Source: a virus (lineage: Duplodnaviria > Caudoviricetes). From it: a stretch of 64,000 nucleotides of DNA. The notes under the pieces were generated by a model that worked only from the letters and a program-made list of their open reading frames with translations, ran no database searches and was not told the DNA's origin. The stretch lies in the IMG/VR virus record IMGVR_UViG_3300023174_000037, one strand, 5' to 3'. The stretch's first letter is position 1. Every line of letters starts with the position of its first letter. A program made the translations under genes and the position numbers. This document shows positions 34,593 through 44,359 of this stretch, in pieces.

Positions 34593-35366
34593 CTATTTTT
34601 TCCTAGCCTTGTGTTCGTCGATATAGTCTCGACTTTCCTTAATGGTTTTAATTTTATTCTTTAGCCGTTGGATATTTTCTTGTATTCGAGCCAATTTGTG
34701 CTCACGCATTACACTTACAGGATTGTCTCCAGCAAATACTGCTTCTTGTCCGTATACAACAGCTTCTTGAGGAGCATTGACTCCCAGACGTTGATCAAAT
34801 ATGGCCCGCAGTTCCGGGTCCGGTGATCCATACAGGTCTGTGATAATTTGATCACGGTCTGCATCGTTGCCATCCAGGTATAGTTTGCGAATTTGGCTGG
34901 CACTGTTGGCATCTACGCCCTTGACACGAAAGTTCACAGTTGGAGTCACTGCAACATAACCGTGCTGTGTCATTGGCTTCATACCTTTTTTGTTGTCAGG
35001 CAAGGGCTGTAAGTAACTGGCAGATCCGTCTTTTTTGGGTGCAAAGTTAAACCGTTCAGCATCTTTTGCACTGACAGCAAACACCAACACAGTGTTGGCT
35101 CGTTCTTCATCGGACAAACTGCTTGTAATTTCCGCAGCTTGATAGGGATTTTTTACTTTGACAATGTGGCCAGACGGAACACCCAGTTTGGTCATCATTG
35201 TTACTTTGTCTGCGTATTCAAACGGGCTGGTTTCAGGATCTTGAACACCACTGCTGGCAATATACACATTGTTATCGCCAAATTGTTGAGTCAGCCAATC
35301 ATAACTGGCCATATGACCTAGATGAAAAGGATGAAAGCGTCCGGGATATATTACAAGATAATTCAT
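34593..35366 (-). CDS. HIGH-family cytidylyltransferase-like nucleotidyltransferase
   Basis: YPGRFHPFHLGH, SPF, SASQIR. Confidence 0.8.
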   Translation of the reverse strand: MNYLVIYPGRFHPFHLGHMASYDWLTQQFGDNNVYIASSGVQDPETSPFEYADKVTMMTKLGVPSGHIVKVKNPYQAAEITSSLSDEERANTVLVFAVSAKDAERFNFAPKKDGSASYLQPLPDNKKGMKPMTQHGYVAVTPTVNFRVKGVDANSASQIRKLYLDGNDADRDQIITDLYGSPDPELRAIFDQRLGVNAPQEAVVYGQEAVFAGDNPVSVMREHKLARIQENIQRLKNKIKTIKESRDYIDEHKARKK

Positions 35367-35382
35367 TGTAATATATTTATGG

Positions 35383-35820
35383 TTACATGTTTTCTAGCAA
35401 CCACAGGTATATGGGCGTAGTGAATTTCAAACCGACTGTGCCGTTACATCCCATTACACCATGGAATCGTTCTTGGGTCAGTTCTTTTGTACCATTAAAA
35501 TTGTGTATATAAGTGGCCAACTTGGTTACCATGTGACCCAGTTTAATTTCATCAAATGCCAAATTTGACACAGTTAATGTAGCATCAGATATGATAGTAC
35601 CATCAACGTCTATTTTAGTGTGCGCTTCTGTTTTGTTCTTTAACACAAGTTGCAATTCGTGATCACCGTCGGTGTCAGCAATATCTATTTTAATCAACTG
35701 CTGGCCCTGCACATGATCAATATCAACAAATTTTTCATCATCGACCCAGGCTTCGAATCCCAGCTCAGCTGATTCATTGGAGGTGTTTAACTCAAAAGAG
35801 ATACCAATAGTATTTGTCAT
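35383..35820 (-). CDS. hypothetical protein
   Basis: 145 aa beta-rich ORF. Confidence 0.75.
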   Translation of the reverse strand: MTNTIGISFELNTSNESAELGFEAWVDDEKFVDIDHVQGQQLIKIDIADTDGDHELQLVLKNKTEAHTKIDVDGTIISDATLTVSNLAFDEIKLGHMVTKLATYIHNFNGTKELTQERFHGVMGCNGTVGLKFTTPIYLWLLENM

Positions 35821-36183
35821 TTAATATGTAGCATTCACGGTGTTTACGTTGCCCGCAGCAAAATCAGTAATTGTAGCTCGCAACCAGGTAAAATTGCCAA
35901 TTACAGTATTGCTGGTGACTTGAGTTGTTACATTGGCCGCAATCACATTGGCTATTTCAAACCACGGTGCAGATTCTTGCAGATCATTTAAAGTAGCTTC
36001 CACAGTGATATTGCCTTGAAAACCGGCCACGTTGGCCACTAAAGTTTGAATAGCACCTTGCCCACCATAATAATTGGCTGCTGGCACTGCATTCCCGACG
36101 TAGATATTGCCACCAAGGTATTGACCCGAAGGCACACCGTATTGTAATGCGGGCACTAGTGTTTGCGTAGTAAATGCGGTCAT
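35821..36183 (-). CDS. hypothetical protein (possibly structural, beta-sandwich)
   Basis: 120 aa ORF coupled to its neighbours. Confidence 0.75.
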   Translation of the reverse strand: MTAFTTQTLVPALQYGVPSGQYLGGNIYVGNAVPAANYYGGQGAIQTLVANVAGFQGNITVEATLNDLQESAPWFEIANVIAANVTTQVTSNTVIGNFTWLRATITDFAAGNVNTVNATY

Positions 36184-36344
36184 GCTCTTTCTGCTTCAAC
36201 AACAACGCCTGTGCCAGCTAATTCTTCTGCCACACTTTGCAAAGCCGCCACAATGTCGTCACTGGCAATTTCCGTGCCAGCATCAGTATCTTTGACCAAT
36301 TTGGATAGTTTGATCACAACTATTTCTTCGTGTATTTTTGCCAT
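36180..36344 (-). CDS. small hypothetical protein (54 aa), absent from ORF track
   Basis: Hand-translated MAKIHEEIVVIKLSKLVKD...; TAAATA 7 nt upstream; ATGA overlap downstream. Confidence 0.75.
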   Translation of the reverse strand: MAKIHEEIVVIKLSKLVKDTDAGTEIASDDIVAALQSVAEELAGTGVVVEAERA

Positions 36345-36350
36345 AGTCAA

Positions 36351-37028
36351 CTATTTAGCCGGGATTATTTCTAGAGTTTTTCTTATTAGGCCCGGTGTTA
36401 CCAAACTCAGCATGGTTAACCACGAGACTGTATTATAATCAACAAAAAAGTAATCTTGTGTTCGAGTGAATTTTAGTGGCACCCATTGTATCAATGCTGG
36501 ACTGAGTCTAACATCGGGTTGACTTGCTAAAAAGTTTACCAACTGAGTTTTTTGCTCTGTAGTTAATTTGCCTATTTTAAAATAACTGCGCCATTGATGA
36601 CGTGGATCTTTTAATTGAATTGTATTTTTAGGTCGACCCACAATAGCTCTGGTATATTCAGTATACAACACGCCGGGCAATTTGCTCACAGTGTTAATTA
36701 AAGCCAAATCATTGGTATAAACATAGCCGGTAAATGAACTGACGACTAATTTAAATGTTGCTGGAGTGGTTAATAATACGTCAGCCAACTTATGCAAATT
36801 CTCAACTGTTGTTTCGGTTATTTTGTTTGACTGATTAGACAATACTGTGGTGGGGGTACTGCTGTGCATGGTTTGACTGATTGACCGCCAAGCGATTCTG
36901 CGCTCAATCATACGATCAATTTGTGCATGGTCCAGAGTTCGTAGGCAATTGACTTCTTCTAAATGAAATCTTATGCAATACTCAAACTGACTGTAAAACA
37001 GTTGATCTTTAACAACAGGTTTAAACAT
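36351..37028 (-). CDS. hypothetical protein
   Basis: Long ORF after clpA; start chosen at MFKPVVK. Confidence 0.75.
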   Translation of the reverse strand: MFKPVVKDQLFYSQFEYCIRFHLEEVNCLRTLDHAQIDRMIERRIAWRSISQTMHSSTPTTVLSNQSNKITETTVENLHKLADVLLTTPATFKLVVSSFTGYVYTNDLALINTVSKLPGVLYTEYTRAIVGRPKNTIQLKDPRHQWRSYFKIGKLTTEQKTQLVNFLASQPDVRLSPALIQWVPLKFTRTQDYFFVDYNTVSWLTMLSLVTPGLIRKTLEIIPAK

Positions 37029-39297
37029 TTGCACCCGTTTGGTTAAGCACAATATATCCGTTTTCGTCTACTGTAGGAGCGAGCAACTGCGGTTCAATGG
37101 CAAATTCAACTCGATCATCGACCATTGTGGCAGTTATAGTGCAGTGTTCCAGTCGATCAAATAAGATGCGCTTGCTCAAAGGTACACGGATTAATTCGTC
37201 AATTTTGCGTCCCAAGGGTCTGGCACCCATTTTGCTATCGTAACCTTTGTCAGCCAACATGTCAACCACAGCTTCAGTCAAGTTCAAGCGGATGTTTTTG
37301 TTTAACAAACTATCTTTGAGTTCATCAACAAATTTAAGCACAACTTTCTTAATGGCCAAGGTATCTAGTTTTTCAAACTTGCATACACAGTCGATACGAT
37401 TGCGTAGCTCAGGTTTAAAGAACTCTTTCATGGCCTTGTCTTCACTGCCGGTGCGTTCTAGCGCCTGTCCAAAGCCAATGTTGTTGTTTTCGTTGTCTCT
37501 GGCACCCAAGTTTGATGTCATGATAATGATACAGTTCTTAAGATCCACTGTTTTGCCACTGCTACTGGTAATACGTGCTTCATCCAACATTTGCAACATG
37601 ATATTGATAACATCGGGGTGAGCTTTTTCAATTTCATCAAACAACAAGATACTGAACGGATTTTTGCTTACATCCGAAATCAATTTGCCGCCGCCCACTG
37701 TGCCAGATTCAAAACCCACATAGCCCGGAGGAGCACCAATCAAGCCTGACACTGTATGACGTTCTTGATACTCACTCATGTCATACTTGAGCAATTTCAT
37801 ATCTAAATGTTCGCTCAGTAGTTTGGCCAATTCTGTTTTGCCTGTGCCGGTTGGACCTAGGAACAAAAAGCTGGCAATAGGACGTTTAGCATTACCAATG
37901 CCCGAAAAGTTGATATACACACGTTCCAGCACACGGTCCACAGCCACATCTTGACCGTAGAGCTTTTGCTTGATATTAGTTTCTAAATCAACAATCTTGG
38001 CACTGCGTTCATTTTCCAGCCGATCTAAAGGAACTGCTGTGACCCGACTCAGTTGTTCCATGATCATTTGTTTGGTAACAGTCACATTACCTTTGTCCTT
38101 AACACGCTCTTTGGCACAAGCACCGTCCAGCAAATCTATACTTTTGTCTGGGTTTTTGCGATCGTGTATATAACGTCCACTTAAATGAACTGCGGCTGTG
38201 ATAGCTTCTGTATCAATTAACACATTGTGGAATGTTTCTAAACGTGGACTAAGTCCAATAAGGATTTGCTCTGTGGTTACATCATCGGGTTCATCAATGC
38301 CGACACGATGGAAACGACGCATGAGTGCGCGATCCTTTTCAAACGATTCGTAGTATTCTTCCCAGGTCGTACTGGCCACCACTTTGATATTGCCACGAGT
38401 GATAGCAGGTTTAAGCATATTGGCCATGTCTAAACTGCCTTGACTGCCTGCTCCTGCGCCCTGCATAGTGTGTGCTTCATCTACAAACAAGATACAGTTT
38501 TTCTTGGTTTCAAGTGCAGTAATAACAGCCTTGAACTTTTCTTCGAATTCGCCGCGATATTTGCTGCCAGCTAGCAAACTGCCCACTTCCAAACTCCATA
38601 GTTCATGTCCTTTGAGAAACTCTGGCACACGATTGGCCTGCATTTCTTGGGCAAGTCCTTCGACGATGGCAGTTTTACCTACACCCGGATCTCCTACCAT
38701 GAGTACGTTGGCTTTGAACTTGCGGGCCAGCACAGTGATCATTTCGTCCAGTTCTTCAGAGCGTCCGATCATGGGTTCTAGGCGATCTTCTCTGGCCAGG
38801 TCAGTTAAACAGACGCAATGTTCTGCAAGTATTTCTGTTGCCTGTTGATTAGTAAGTTTGACATCACTTTGTTTATAATTTGCTTGATAAAATTCTGCAA
38901 ACTCTTGTTTCTTTACTCCAAATTTAAGCAAGAAATAGTGTGCATGACTATTGGTCTCACTCATGATGGCCAAGTATAAATCCAAGGTACTGACAGTTCT
39001 GCGACCAGTAAATAGCACCTGTGTTAATGCACGATTAAACACCCGCTCCAGCGCATTGGTTTTCTTAGGCGGAACTGGCGTGGCTGCAACCACTGTGACT
39101 ATATTGCCTAGATAAGACGCTAGTTCTTGTTCAAGGCGTGTCAGGTCAGTGCCAAACTTTTCCAACACTCGACGAAAGGGATCATGTTTAATTAAAGACA
39201 ATAAAACATGTTCAGTCATTACATATTCATGATGGCTGTCACGTGCCATTTTAACCGCGGCATCGACTATTTGTTCAATTTCAGGATTGTTTTGCAT
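37021..39297 (-). CDS. clpA: ClpA/ClpB-type ATP-dependent Clp ATPase
   Basis: Clp N-domain; GDPGVGKT and GPTGTGKTE Walker A motifs; FDEIEKAHP; MGARPL. Confidence 0.95.
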   Translation of the reverse strand: MQNNPEIEQIVDAAVKMARDSHHEYVMTEHVLLSLIKHDPFRRVLEKFGTDLTRLEQELASYLGNIVTVVAATPVPPKKTNALERVFNRALTQVLFTGRRTVSTLDLYLAIMSETNSHAHYFLLKFGVKKQEFAEFYQANYKQSDVKLTNQQATEILAEHCVCLTDLAREDRLEPMIGRSEELDEMITVLARKFKANVLMVGDPGVGKTAIVEGLAQEMQANRVPEFLKGHELWSLEVGSLLAGSKYRGEFEEKFKAVITALETKKNCILFVDEAHTMQGAGAGSQGSLDMANMLKPAITRGNIKVVASTTWEEYYESFEKDRALMRRFHRVGIDEPDDVTTEQILIGLSPRLETFHNVLIDTEAITAAVHLSGRYIHDRKNPDKSIDLLDGACAKERVKDKGNVTVTKQMIMEQLSRVTAVPLDRLENERSAKIVDLETNIKQKLYGQDVAVDRVLERVYINFSGIGNAKRPIASFLFLGPTGTGKTELAKLLSEHLDMKLLKYDMSEYQERHTVSGLIGAPPGYVGFESGTVGGGKLISDVSKNPFSILLFDEIEKAHPDVINIMLQMLDEARITSSSGKTVDLKNCIIIMTSNLGARDNENNNIGFGQALERTGSEDKAMKEFFKPELRNRIDCVCKFEKLDTLAIKKVVLKFVDELKDSLLNKNIRLNLTEAVVDMLADKGYDSKMGARPLGRKIDELIRVPLSKRILFDRLEHCTITATMVDDRVEFAIEPQLLAPTVDENGYIVLNQTGANV

Positions 39298-39327
39298 GGA
39301 TTCCTTTTAATAATACACCCTACATTC

Positions 39328-39356
39328 ATTATACTACATTGAGAATAGAATTGCAA
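39328..39356 (-). promoter_or_regulatory. sigma70-type promoter
   Basis: TTGCAA-17 nt-TATAAT upstream of clpA. Confidence 0.7.
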
Positions 39357-39369
39357 TCGATATGGGTAT

Positions 39370-40155
39370 TTATTGTTCACAATTTTGAACAATAGCGTCC
39401 ATTAATGGTTGTGGAATATGAGCAGGTATGACAGCATTTACCCGCACAAACAAGTCGCCAGGCGCATTACCTTTTTGTCCAAGTCCACGTCCTTTTAATC
39501 TAAATGTGGTTTTGGCCTGTGTTCTTGGCGGAATGGTTAAAGTAAATTGATTGCCTAAAATATCTTGAATTAAGATGTCCTTGCCCAAAATAAGATCCCA
39601 TACGCTTATCTCTTGATCTACAGTTAAGTTAGGGCCTTGACGATGCCATTTGGGATTGGGATGAACTCTAAAGGTTATTACCAAATCTATTCCACCAGGT
39701 CCTACCCCAGCATACTGAACACTGTCACCGTCATCAATATTGGCAGGTATATCTATTTCTATAACTTGTGTACCTTGCGGAGTGCCTACACTGATAGTTT
39801 TACGACCAGCTATGGCTACATCTTGTAGGGTGATCCACAAGGTCATTTGTGCTCGATTTGCTCGTTGATGTGGGTGTTGAAATCTAGTGCCAAACACATC
39901 AAATATAGTTTGGAAATCAAACCCTCCAGGACCGCCGTGTTGAAAACCAAACCCTGGTGGTGGTCGTGGATTGTTGTATTCAGCACGTTTTTGTTCGTTG
40001 CCTAGGGTGTCATATGCCTGTTGAATTTCTTGGAATTTGGCTTTGTTGCCACCTTTGTCAGGGTGGTGCTGACTTGCGAGCTTACGATAAGCCCTTTTAA
40101 TTTGATCAGGAGTAGCGTTGCGGTCGACGCCAAGAGTTTGATAATAATCAGCCAT
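39370..40155 (-). CDS. DnaJ-class (CbpA-like) co-chaperone
   Basis: J domain with HPD, G/F-rich linker, DnaJ C-terminal domain, no zinc finger. Confidence 0.93.
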   Translation of the reverse strand: MADYYQTLGVDRNATPDQIKRAYRKLASQHHPDKGGNKAKFQEIQQAYDTLGNEQKRAEYNNPRPPPGFGFQHGGPGGFDFQTIFDVFGTRFQHPHQRANRAQMTLWITLQDVAIAGRKTISVGTPQGTQVIEIDIPANIDDGDSVQYAGVGPGGIDLVITFRVHPNPKWHRQGPNLTVDQEISVWDLILGKDILIQDILGNQFTLTIPPRTQAKTTFRLKGRGLGQKGNAPGDLFVRVNAVIPAHIPQPLMDAIVQNCEQ

Positions 40156-40222
40156 GCATATTAATTATACTGTGTCTTGCCAACGAGATTAAATACTTGG
40201 TCTACACAAAAAGGAATGCACA

Positions 40223-40459
40223 ATGACAATTGAAACTCACACTACCTGGGGCAGAGAATTTACTCCCGAAGAACTGGTACTTCTTGATAAGCGAAAAGCT
40301 AAATTACTCAGTGAAGGAGTAGTATTACATCCAATTATGGGCAATAGCGAAAATTTAATCCGAGAATGGGACACCATAGAGCTGGCCAATGGTTGGGTAG
40401 AATTTGCTAATTCACTGAATCCACCACCTGTAAAAGTAGAAGTTGTTGTAACTGAATAA
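40223..40459 (+). CDS. hypothetical protein
   Basis: 78 aa ORF with AAGGA RBS and an upstream TAAATA. Confidence 0.7.
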   Translation: MTIETHTTWGREFTPEELVLLDKRKAKLLSEGVVLHPIMGNSENLIREWDTIELANGWVEFANSLNPPPVKVEVVVTE

Positions 40460-40464
40460 TCTAA

Positions 40465-40653
40465 TTACTTTTTAGATTTTTCTGGAACTTTGGTTCCTTC
40501 TAGTTTCTTATGCACTTTGATGTCTTTGCACACTTCTTTTTTGGTCTTTTCGTCAGTTTTGCAAACACGTTTGGTTTCACCAGCAGCATTGGCAACTGTG
40601 ATTAAGCTCGCAGCGATAACCGTGGCCCAACAGATTTTGATTATTGCGTTCAT
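40465..40653 (-). CDS. small secreted protein
   Basis: Signal peptide ...ITVANA-A, two Cys, basic mature part; start at MNAIIK. Confidence 0.7.
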   Translation of the reverse strand: MNAIIKICWATVIAASLITVANAAGETKRVCKTDEKTKKEVCKDIKVHKKLEGTKVPEKSKK

Positions 40654-40769
40654 TTTCGATCCTTTATCAAGGCAGTGATCCGAGCCTGTATGGCACGAGC
40701 CCACGATGGTTGTGGAAAATTCCATCCTACAAATGCTCCTACTGCGATCCATAATATGATATCTAACAT
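40650..40769 (-). CDS. 39 aa membrane protein, absent from ORF track
   Basis: GGAG RBS; MLDIILWIAVGAFVGWNFPQPSWAR...; ATGA overlap. Confidence 0.7.
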   Translation of the reverse strand: MLDIILWIAVGAFVGWNFPQPSWARAIQARITALIKDRK

Positions 40770-40780
40770 CGTGCTTCTCC

Positions 40781-41266
40781 TTAAATTTCAGGGTGTGGTG
40801 GTTGTACCGGTGCACCAAAGGCAGGTGCTGGTGTAGGCTTGGCCGCAGGTGCTCCAAAACTTGGAGCAGTGCTTACTGAGTTACCACCTAGCGGTGTGCC
40901 GCCAAAACTTGGTGCTGGTGTTGATACAGGCGCTGGGTTAACAAAACTTGGAGTCGGTGTAGGTGGTGCTATTCCACCGTTGTTGGCACCATTGAGTTTT
41001 TCCTGTGTGCGACCATATGCGGCAATACCTAGTATGGCACCCATGGCCATATGGAATAGGCCGGCACCTTGCAAGGTAATTGGACTCCATTGTGTTTCCA
41101 CACGGCCTCCGCCTATGACTTGTACCAGACTCCACAGCACTGGGAACAACACAAAGTCGGCCATGCAAACAAACATATACATCCACCCCATGGCTGGACG
41201 CCATTTTGAATTCATCCAGTCTTCGTTTTTCTTAGAACTTTCGCTTTTGACTTCTTCAGCGGGCAT
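40781..41266 (-). CDS. holin, 3TM/gene-transfer-agent type, putative
   Basis: KWRPAMGW, two hydrophobic helices, GRTQEK, Pro-rich tail; inside the lysis cassette. Confidence 0.7.
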   Translation of the reverse strand: MPAEEVKSESSKKNEDWMNSKWRPAMGWMYMFVCMADFVLFPVLWSLVQVIGGGRVETQWSPITLQGAGLFHMAMGAILGIAAYGRTQEKLNGANNGGIAPPTPTPSFVNPAPVSTPAPSFGGTPLGGNSVSTAPSFGAPAAKPTPAPAFGAPVQPPHPEI

Positions 41267-41308
41267 ATCAACTCCTTTTATTTTTATTATTATAATATGC
41301 TACTATTA

Positions 41309-41569
41309 TTACACTGCTGAGGCTATGGTAACCAAGGCAGTTATGGCTGTATTTAACCTTTGTTTGGTTTCAAATTGTGACATGTTTTCGGTGATTGTGA
41401 TCTGACGCTGTAGGTCCCGCAACAGTTCTGCGTATTCAGATTGACTGATATTACCGGCCCGCAGTTCTTCACCGTAGGCATTGGTGGCAGTGGCCACCAT
41501 CTGTGTGTTCTCATCATCGGGATTGTTTAAGATGTGTAATACTTCTGCTTCCCATTGCGACCAACTCAT
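41309..41569 (-). CDS. hypothetical protein
   Basis: GGAG RBS before MSWSQWE. Confidence 0.7.
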   Translation of the reverse strand: MSWSQWEAEVLHILNNPDDENTQMVATATNAYGEELRAGNISQSEYAELLRDLQRQITITENMSQFETKQRLNTAITALVTIASAV

Positions 41570-41582
41570 AGTATTCTCCTTG

Positions 41583-41987
41583 TTATTTACGCGGTCGTCC
41601 TGCTGTGACACGTTGTATAATTTCAGCACCGTTCTCGATATTGTTGTATTTTAATCGACAAAACATTGAGCTTACAGGACCTTTGACGTAGGCTGTGTTG
41701 AGTCCTTGAGCAATTTCATTGAGAGCTTGTGCAGACTTAAAACCATTGGTGTTACGAGGAATCTGCTCTTGATATTTTTCATACAGTTCTGTGCGGTTGG
41801 CTATAGCCTGTGCGTTTGCAGGCGCCAGGACGGGATTATCGCATTGACGTCGATATTGTATAGCTGTTGTGCGTATTTCTGTAATCTGCAAGTATTCGTT
41901 GGCATCGTAAGGTGCCATCATGTAGGCATCCCATACAGCACAACTGGTCAAGGAAAGTGCAATTGCGGCCAAAAATATTCGTTTCAT
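41583..41987 (-). CDS. lipoprotein
   Basis: MKRIFLAAIALSLTS-C lipobox. Confidence 0.8.
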   Translation of the reverse strand: MKRIFLAAIALSLTSCAVWDAYMMAPYDANEYLQITEIRTTAIQYRRQCDNPVLAPANAQAIANRTELYEKYQEQIPRNTNGFKSAQALNEIAQGLNTAYVKGPVSSMFCRLKYNNIENGAEIIQRVTAGRPRK

Positions 41988-42598
41988 TTTCCAATGCTTT
42001 CGTAGATCTTGCGTTGGTTGTTATACCACTGCTGCCAGGCCTTTAGTTTTTCTGCGTTTTCGTGGCAGGCACCGTAGTTTTCAATGACTCGGTCGAGGAG
42101 ACGACTGGCTTCAACTCCACTGGGGGTTCCATCAGTTGCGGCGGCACGCTGGGGAACTTCATTACGACTGGCACTGTCGTGCAGGCTGACAGTAGACTGA
42201 GGCAAACTGCACTGAGCATCCAGTTGCTGGCCCGCCACTTCTTTGATGATTTCTCTTGTGATGTAAACATTTTCTTTGACCACCTTTACTTTTTCAATTA
42301 TTTTGGTTTCAATCACAGTGTTGACCTGCTGTGATTTTTCTTCTGCAATTTGGATTTGTTGCTTCATTTCAGCTATTTGGTCTCTGTAGTTGATACCACC
42401 GTAGAAATAAGCAGCAATGATCAGGGCCACAACACCTGCTAATTCTGCAGGCAAACGATACTGGCCCATGAGTGGAATCCAACTGACCAATTTGCTGGCC
42501 ACATACAGTATCACACCTGCCGCAAACAATAGATATGTAATCCAAACAAAAATACTGTCAGGGATTAACTGCAATATCCATTGTAGTTGCCACATCAA
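41984..42598 (-). CDS. i-spanin (Rz-like)
   Basis: N-terminal TM helices, coiled coil, C-terminal NYGACHENAEKLKAW; follows the endolysin. Confidence 0.7.
   Translation of the reverse strand: MMWQLQWILQLIPDSIFVWITYLLFAAGVILYVASKLVSWIPLMGQYRLPAELAGVVALIIAAYFYGGINYRDQIAEMKQQIQIAEEKSQQVNTVIETKIIEKVKVVKENVYITREIIKEVAGQQLDAQCSLPQSTVSLHDSASRNEVPQRAAATDGTPSGVEASRLLDRVIENYGACHENAEKLKAWQQWYNNQRKIYESIGK
42043..42270 (-). CDS. embedded o-spanin (Rz1-like) lipoprotein in an alternative frame
   Basis: KKWR n-region, LSLLSA-C lipobox, Pro-rich mature part KFPSVPPQLMEPP. Confidence 0.65.
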   Translation of the reverse strand: MFTSQEKSSKKWRASNWMLSAVCLSLLSACTTVPVVMKFPSVPPQLMEPPVELKPVVSSTESLKTTVPATKTQKN

Positions 42599-43221
42599 TC
42601 AGCACCTAACACATGCTTGGCATGCTCATAGTGTTTTTTACGATCTTCAAGACCAATTGTACCACCGTTGATACGTTTTGTCATGGTAAGAATATCATCC
42701 TTGTCGGCCCACTGATTGAGATTATTGGTTTCCCAGAACCAGCAAGCACCTTGTACCGCGCCTTCAAAAGTTTCTAGATAAGCTGGAACTTGCTCCACCG
42801 GAGTTTCTATGCTGTCAGCAAAGTTTGAATAGTTGCTTTTGCCTGTGAGCTGTATGAGTCCACGACCACAGTAGCGATAGCCATCGCCTGACGCTTCGTC
42901 TCCGTTGCCCATTCTATTAGCATATATTCTGTTGGCAATGGCTTCGGCTTTGTTGGGCAAACTGGCATACTGGTTGGCCAACTCATCTGTAGGAAAATAC
43001 TTAGGGAATATTTTTCTTAGACTGGCCGCACGGTAGTTTAAGTTTTCTTTGAGGAACACAAAGTTTCCGCTTTCGTGGGCGCACTGTGCTATAAAAGCAG
43101 CCACACGTGGCGGTGTGTCAATACCGTAGTCGGATAACAATTGGTTTAAAGCATTGGTCCATTGCTCTACATAAGGATTGTTGCCGATACAGGCGCCGAG
43201 TTGTTGTTGGGTAATTTGCAT
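42595..43221 (-). CDS. endolysin, glycoside hydrolase family 19
   Basis: AFIAQCAHESG, GRGLIQLTGKSNY, ACWFW, RINGG. Confidence 0.93.
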   Translation of the reverse strand: MQITQQQLGACIGNNPYVEQWTNALNQLLSDYGIDTPPRVAAFIAQCAHESGNFVFLKENLNYRAASLRKIFPKYFPTDELANQYASLPNKAEAIANRIYANRMGNGDEASGDGYRYCGRGLIQLTGKSNYSNFADSIETPVEQVPAYLETFEGAVQGACWFWETNNLNQWADKDDILTMTKRINGGTIGLEDRKKHYEHAKHVLGAD

Positions 43222-43250
43222 AATATTAATACCTTGTTAGATACTAATAT

Positions 43251-43457
43251 TTAGCTGTTTTTACCCCATTTAACTCTGGTCCATGCTCGTTCGTGTAACC
43301 AATAAAGCACAGTATTAATACACATTTGTATCACGGCAATAAACGAGCTGACACCAAAACTGCCAGTTACCAAATAAGCAATAGTAAATGTGCTGGCACT
43401 GCCGGTAATGCGCCAGGTAAGAGTTTTTGCCAGACTGCGCTTATTACTGTCAATCAT
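43251..43457 (-). CDS. small membrane protein (DUF2061-like)
   Basis: RSLAKTLTWR...YWLHERAW pattern. Confidence 0.75.
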   Translation of the reverse strand: MIDSNKRSLAKTLTWRITGSASTFTIAYLVTGSFGVSSFIAVIQMCINTVLYWLHERAWTRVKWGKNS

Positions 43458-44314
43458 TTTAATCCTAATTCTTTACGAATTTTTGTAGCCGAAATGTCTG
43501 TGATAGCTTCATCAAACGTTTCTTCTGCATGGGTATATCCTACTCCGCGACCCCAGCCGATGTGAACAATGTTAGGAACCACTTGTATTTCATATTGTCC
43601 TTGATAGATAGGATCTAAATCACGTCGAATAAATGCTTTGACACGTTCTACTTCAAATGGGTTACTACCTTGCCAGCCCTGAACATCGCGTATTTGAATA
43701 ACCACTTGTCCTGTACGGGCAATCAAGCGGTCAAACAGCGCACGATGACCTTCGTGCCATGGCTGCCAACGACCCAACATCTGCACAGTTTCTTTTTTCC
43801 AATCAAATGTAGGACGACGACGATTTTCAATAATGTGATTACCAATGAACTCAGCCCACTTTTCTGCATTTTGTTCTGTGACACGGAAGTCATATACGTC
43901 AGGCTCAACAAAAGCTGCGTTAGTATCAGCGTAGCGACCTTCACGGATAGTGTCTACCCAGATAGTCCAATCGGCTTTGAAGTTGTTACGCATTTCAACC
44001 AATGGAGCAACAAAATCACAAATTACAAATTCACCTGGCGACTCTAATGCAAATTGCAACATACGTATACTTTGGCGAATACGACCTTCTTTGCTAAAAT
44101 CCCAGTCATTGAATTTTCTACGAACATCGTCGGCATTGAACCAATCCACACCTATCTTCATAAAATTAGGACCTGGAATTCCTTCGTAATTTAACATTCG
44201 CTGAGGATTGATTTTTTCTAAATCACCGTGATCTTCTAAATACCGTTTAAGTGCGGCGGCCAAAGTTGTTTTGCCTGAGCCAGGCAATCCCATGATTAAA
44301 ATACGTTGTGCCAT
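43454..44314 (-). CDS. adenylylsulfate kinase-like domain fused to a HIGH nucleotidyltransferase
   Basis: GLPGSGKTT, ADDVR...DFSKEGR (CysC-like); GRWQPWHEGH, SNPF, ISATKIR. Confidence 0.8.
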   Translation of the reverse strand: MAQRILIMGLPGSGKTTLAAALKRYLEDHGDLEKINPQRMLNYEGIPGPNFMKIGVDWFNADDVRRKFNDWDFSKEGRIRQSIRMLQFALESPGEFVICDFVAPLVEMRNNFKADWTIWVDTIREGRYADTNAAFVEPDVYDFRVTEQNAEKWAEFIGNHIIENRRRPTFDWKKETVQMLGRWQPWHEGHRALFDRLIARTGQVVIQIRDVQGWQGSNPFEVERVKAFIRRDLDPIYQGQYEIQVVPNIVHIGWGRGVGYTHAEETFDEAITDISATKIRKELGLK

Positions 44315-44359
44315 TGTTGTTTCCTTTAAATGTGCTGTAAAATACTTAGTGACCTATAA

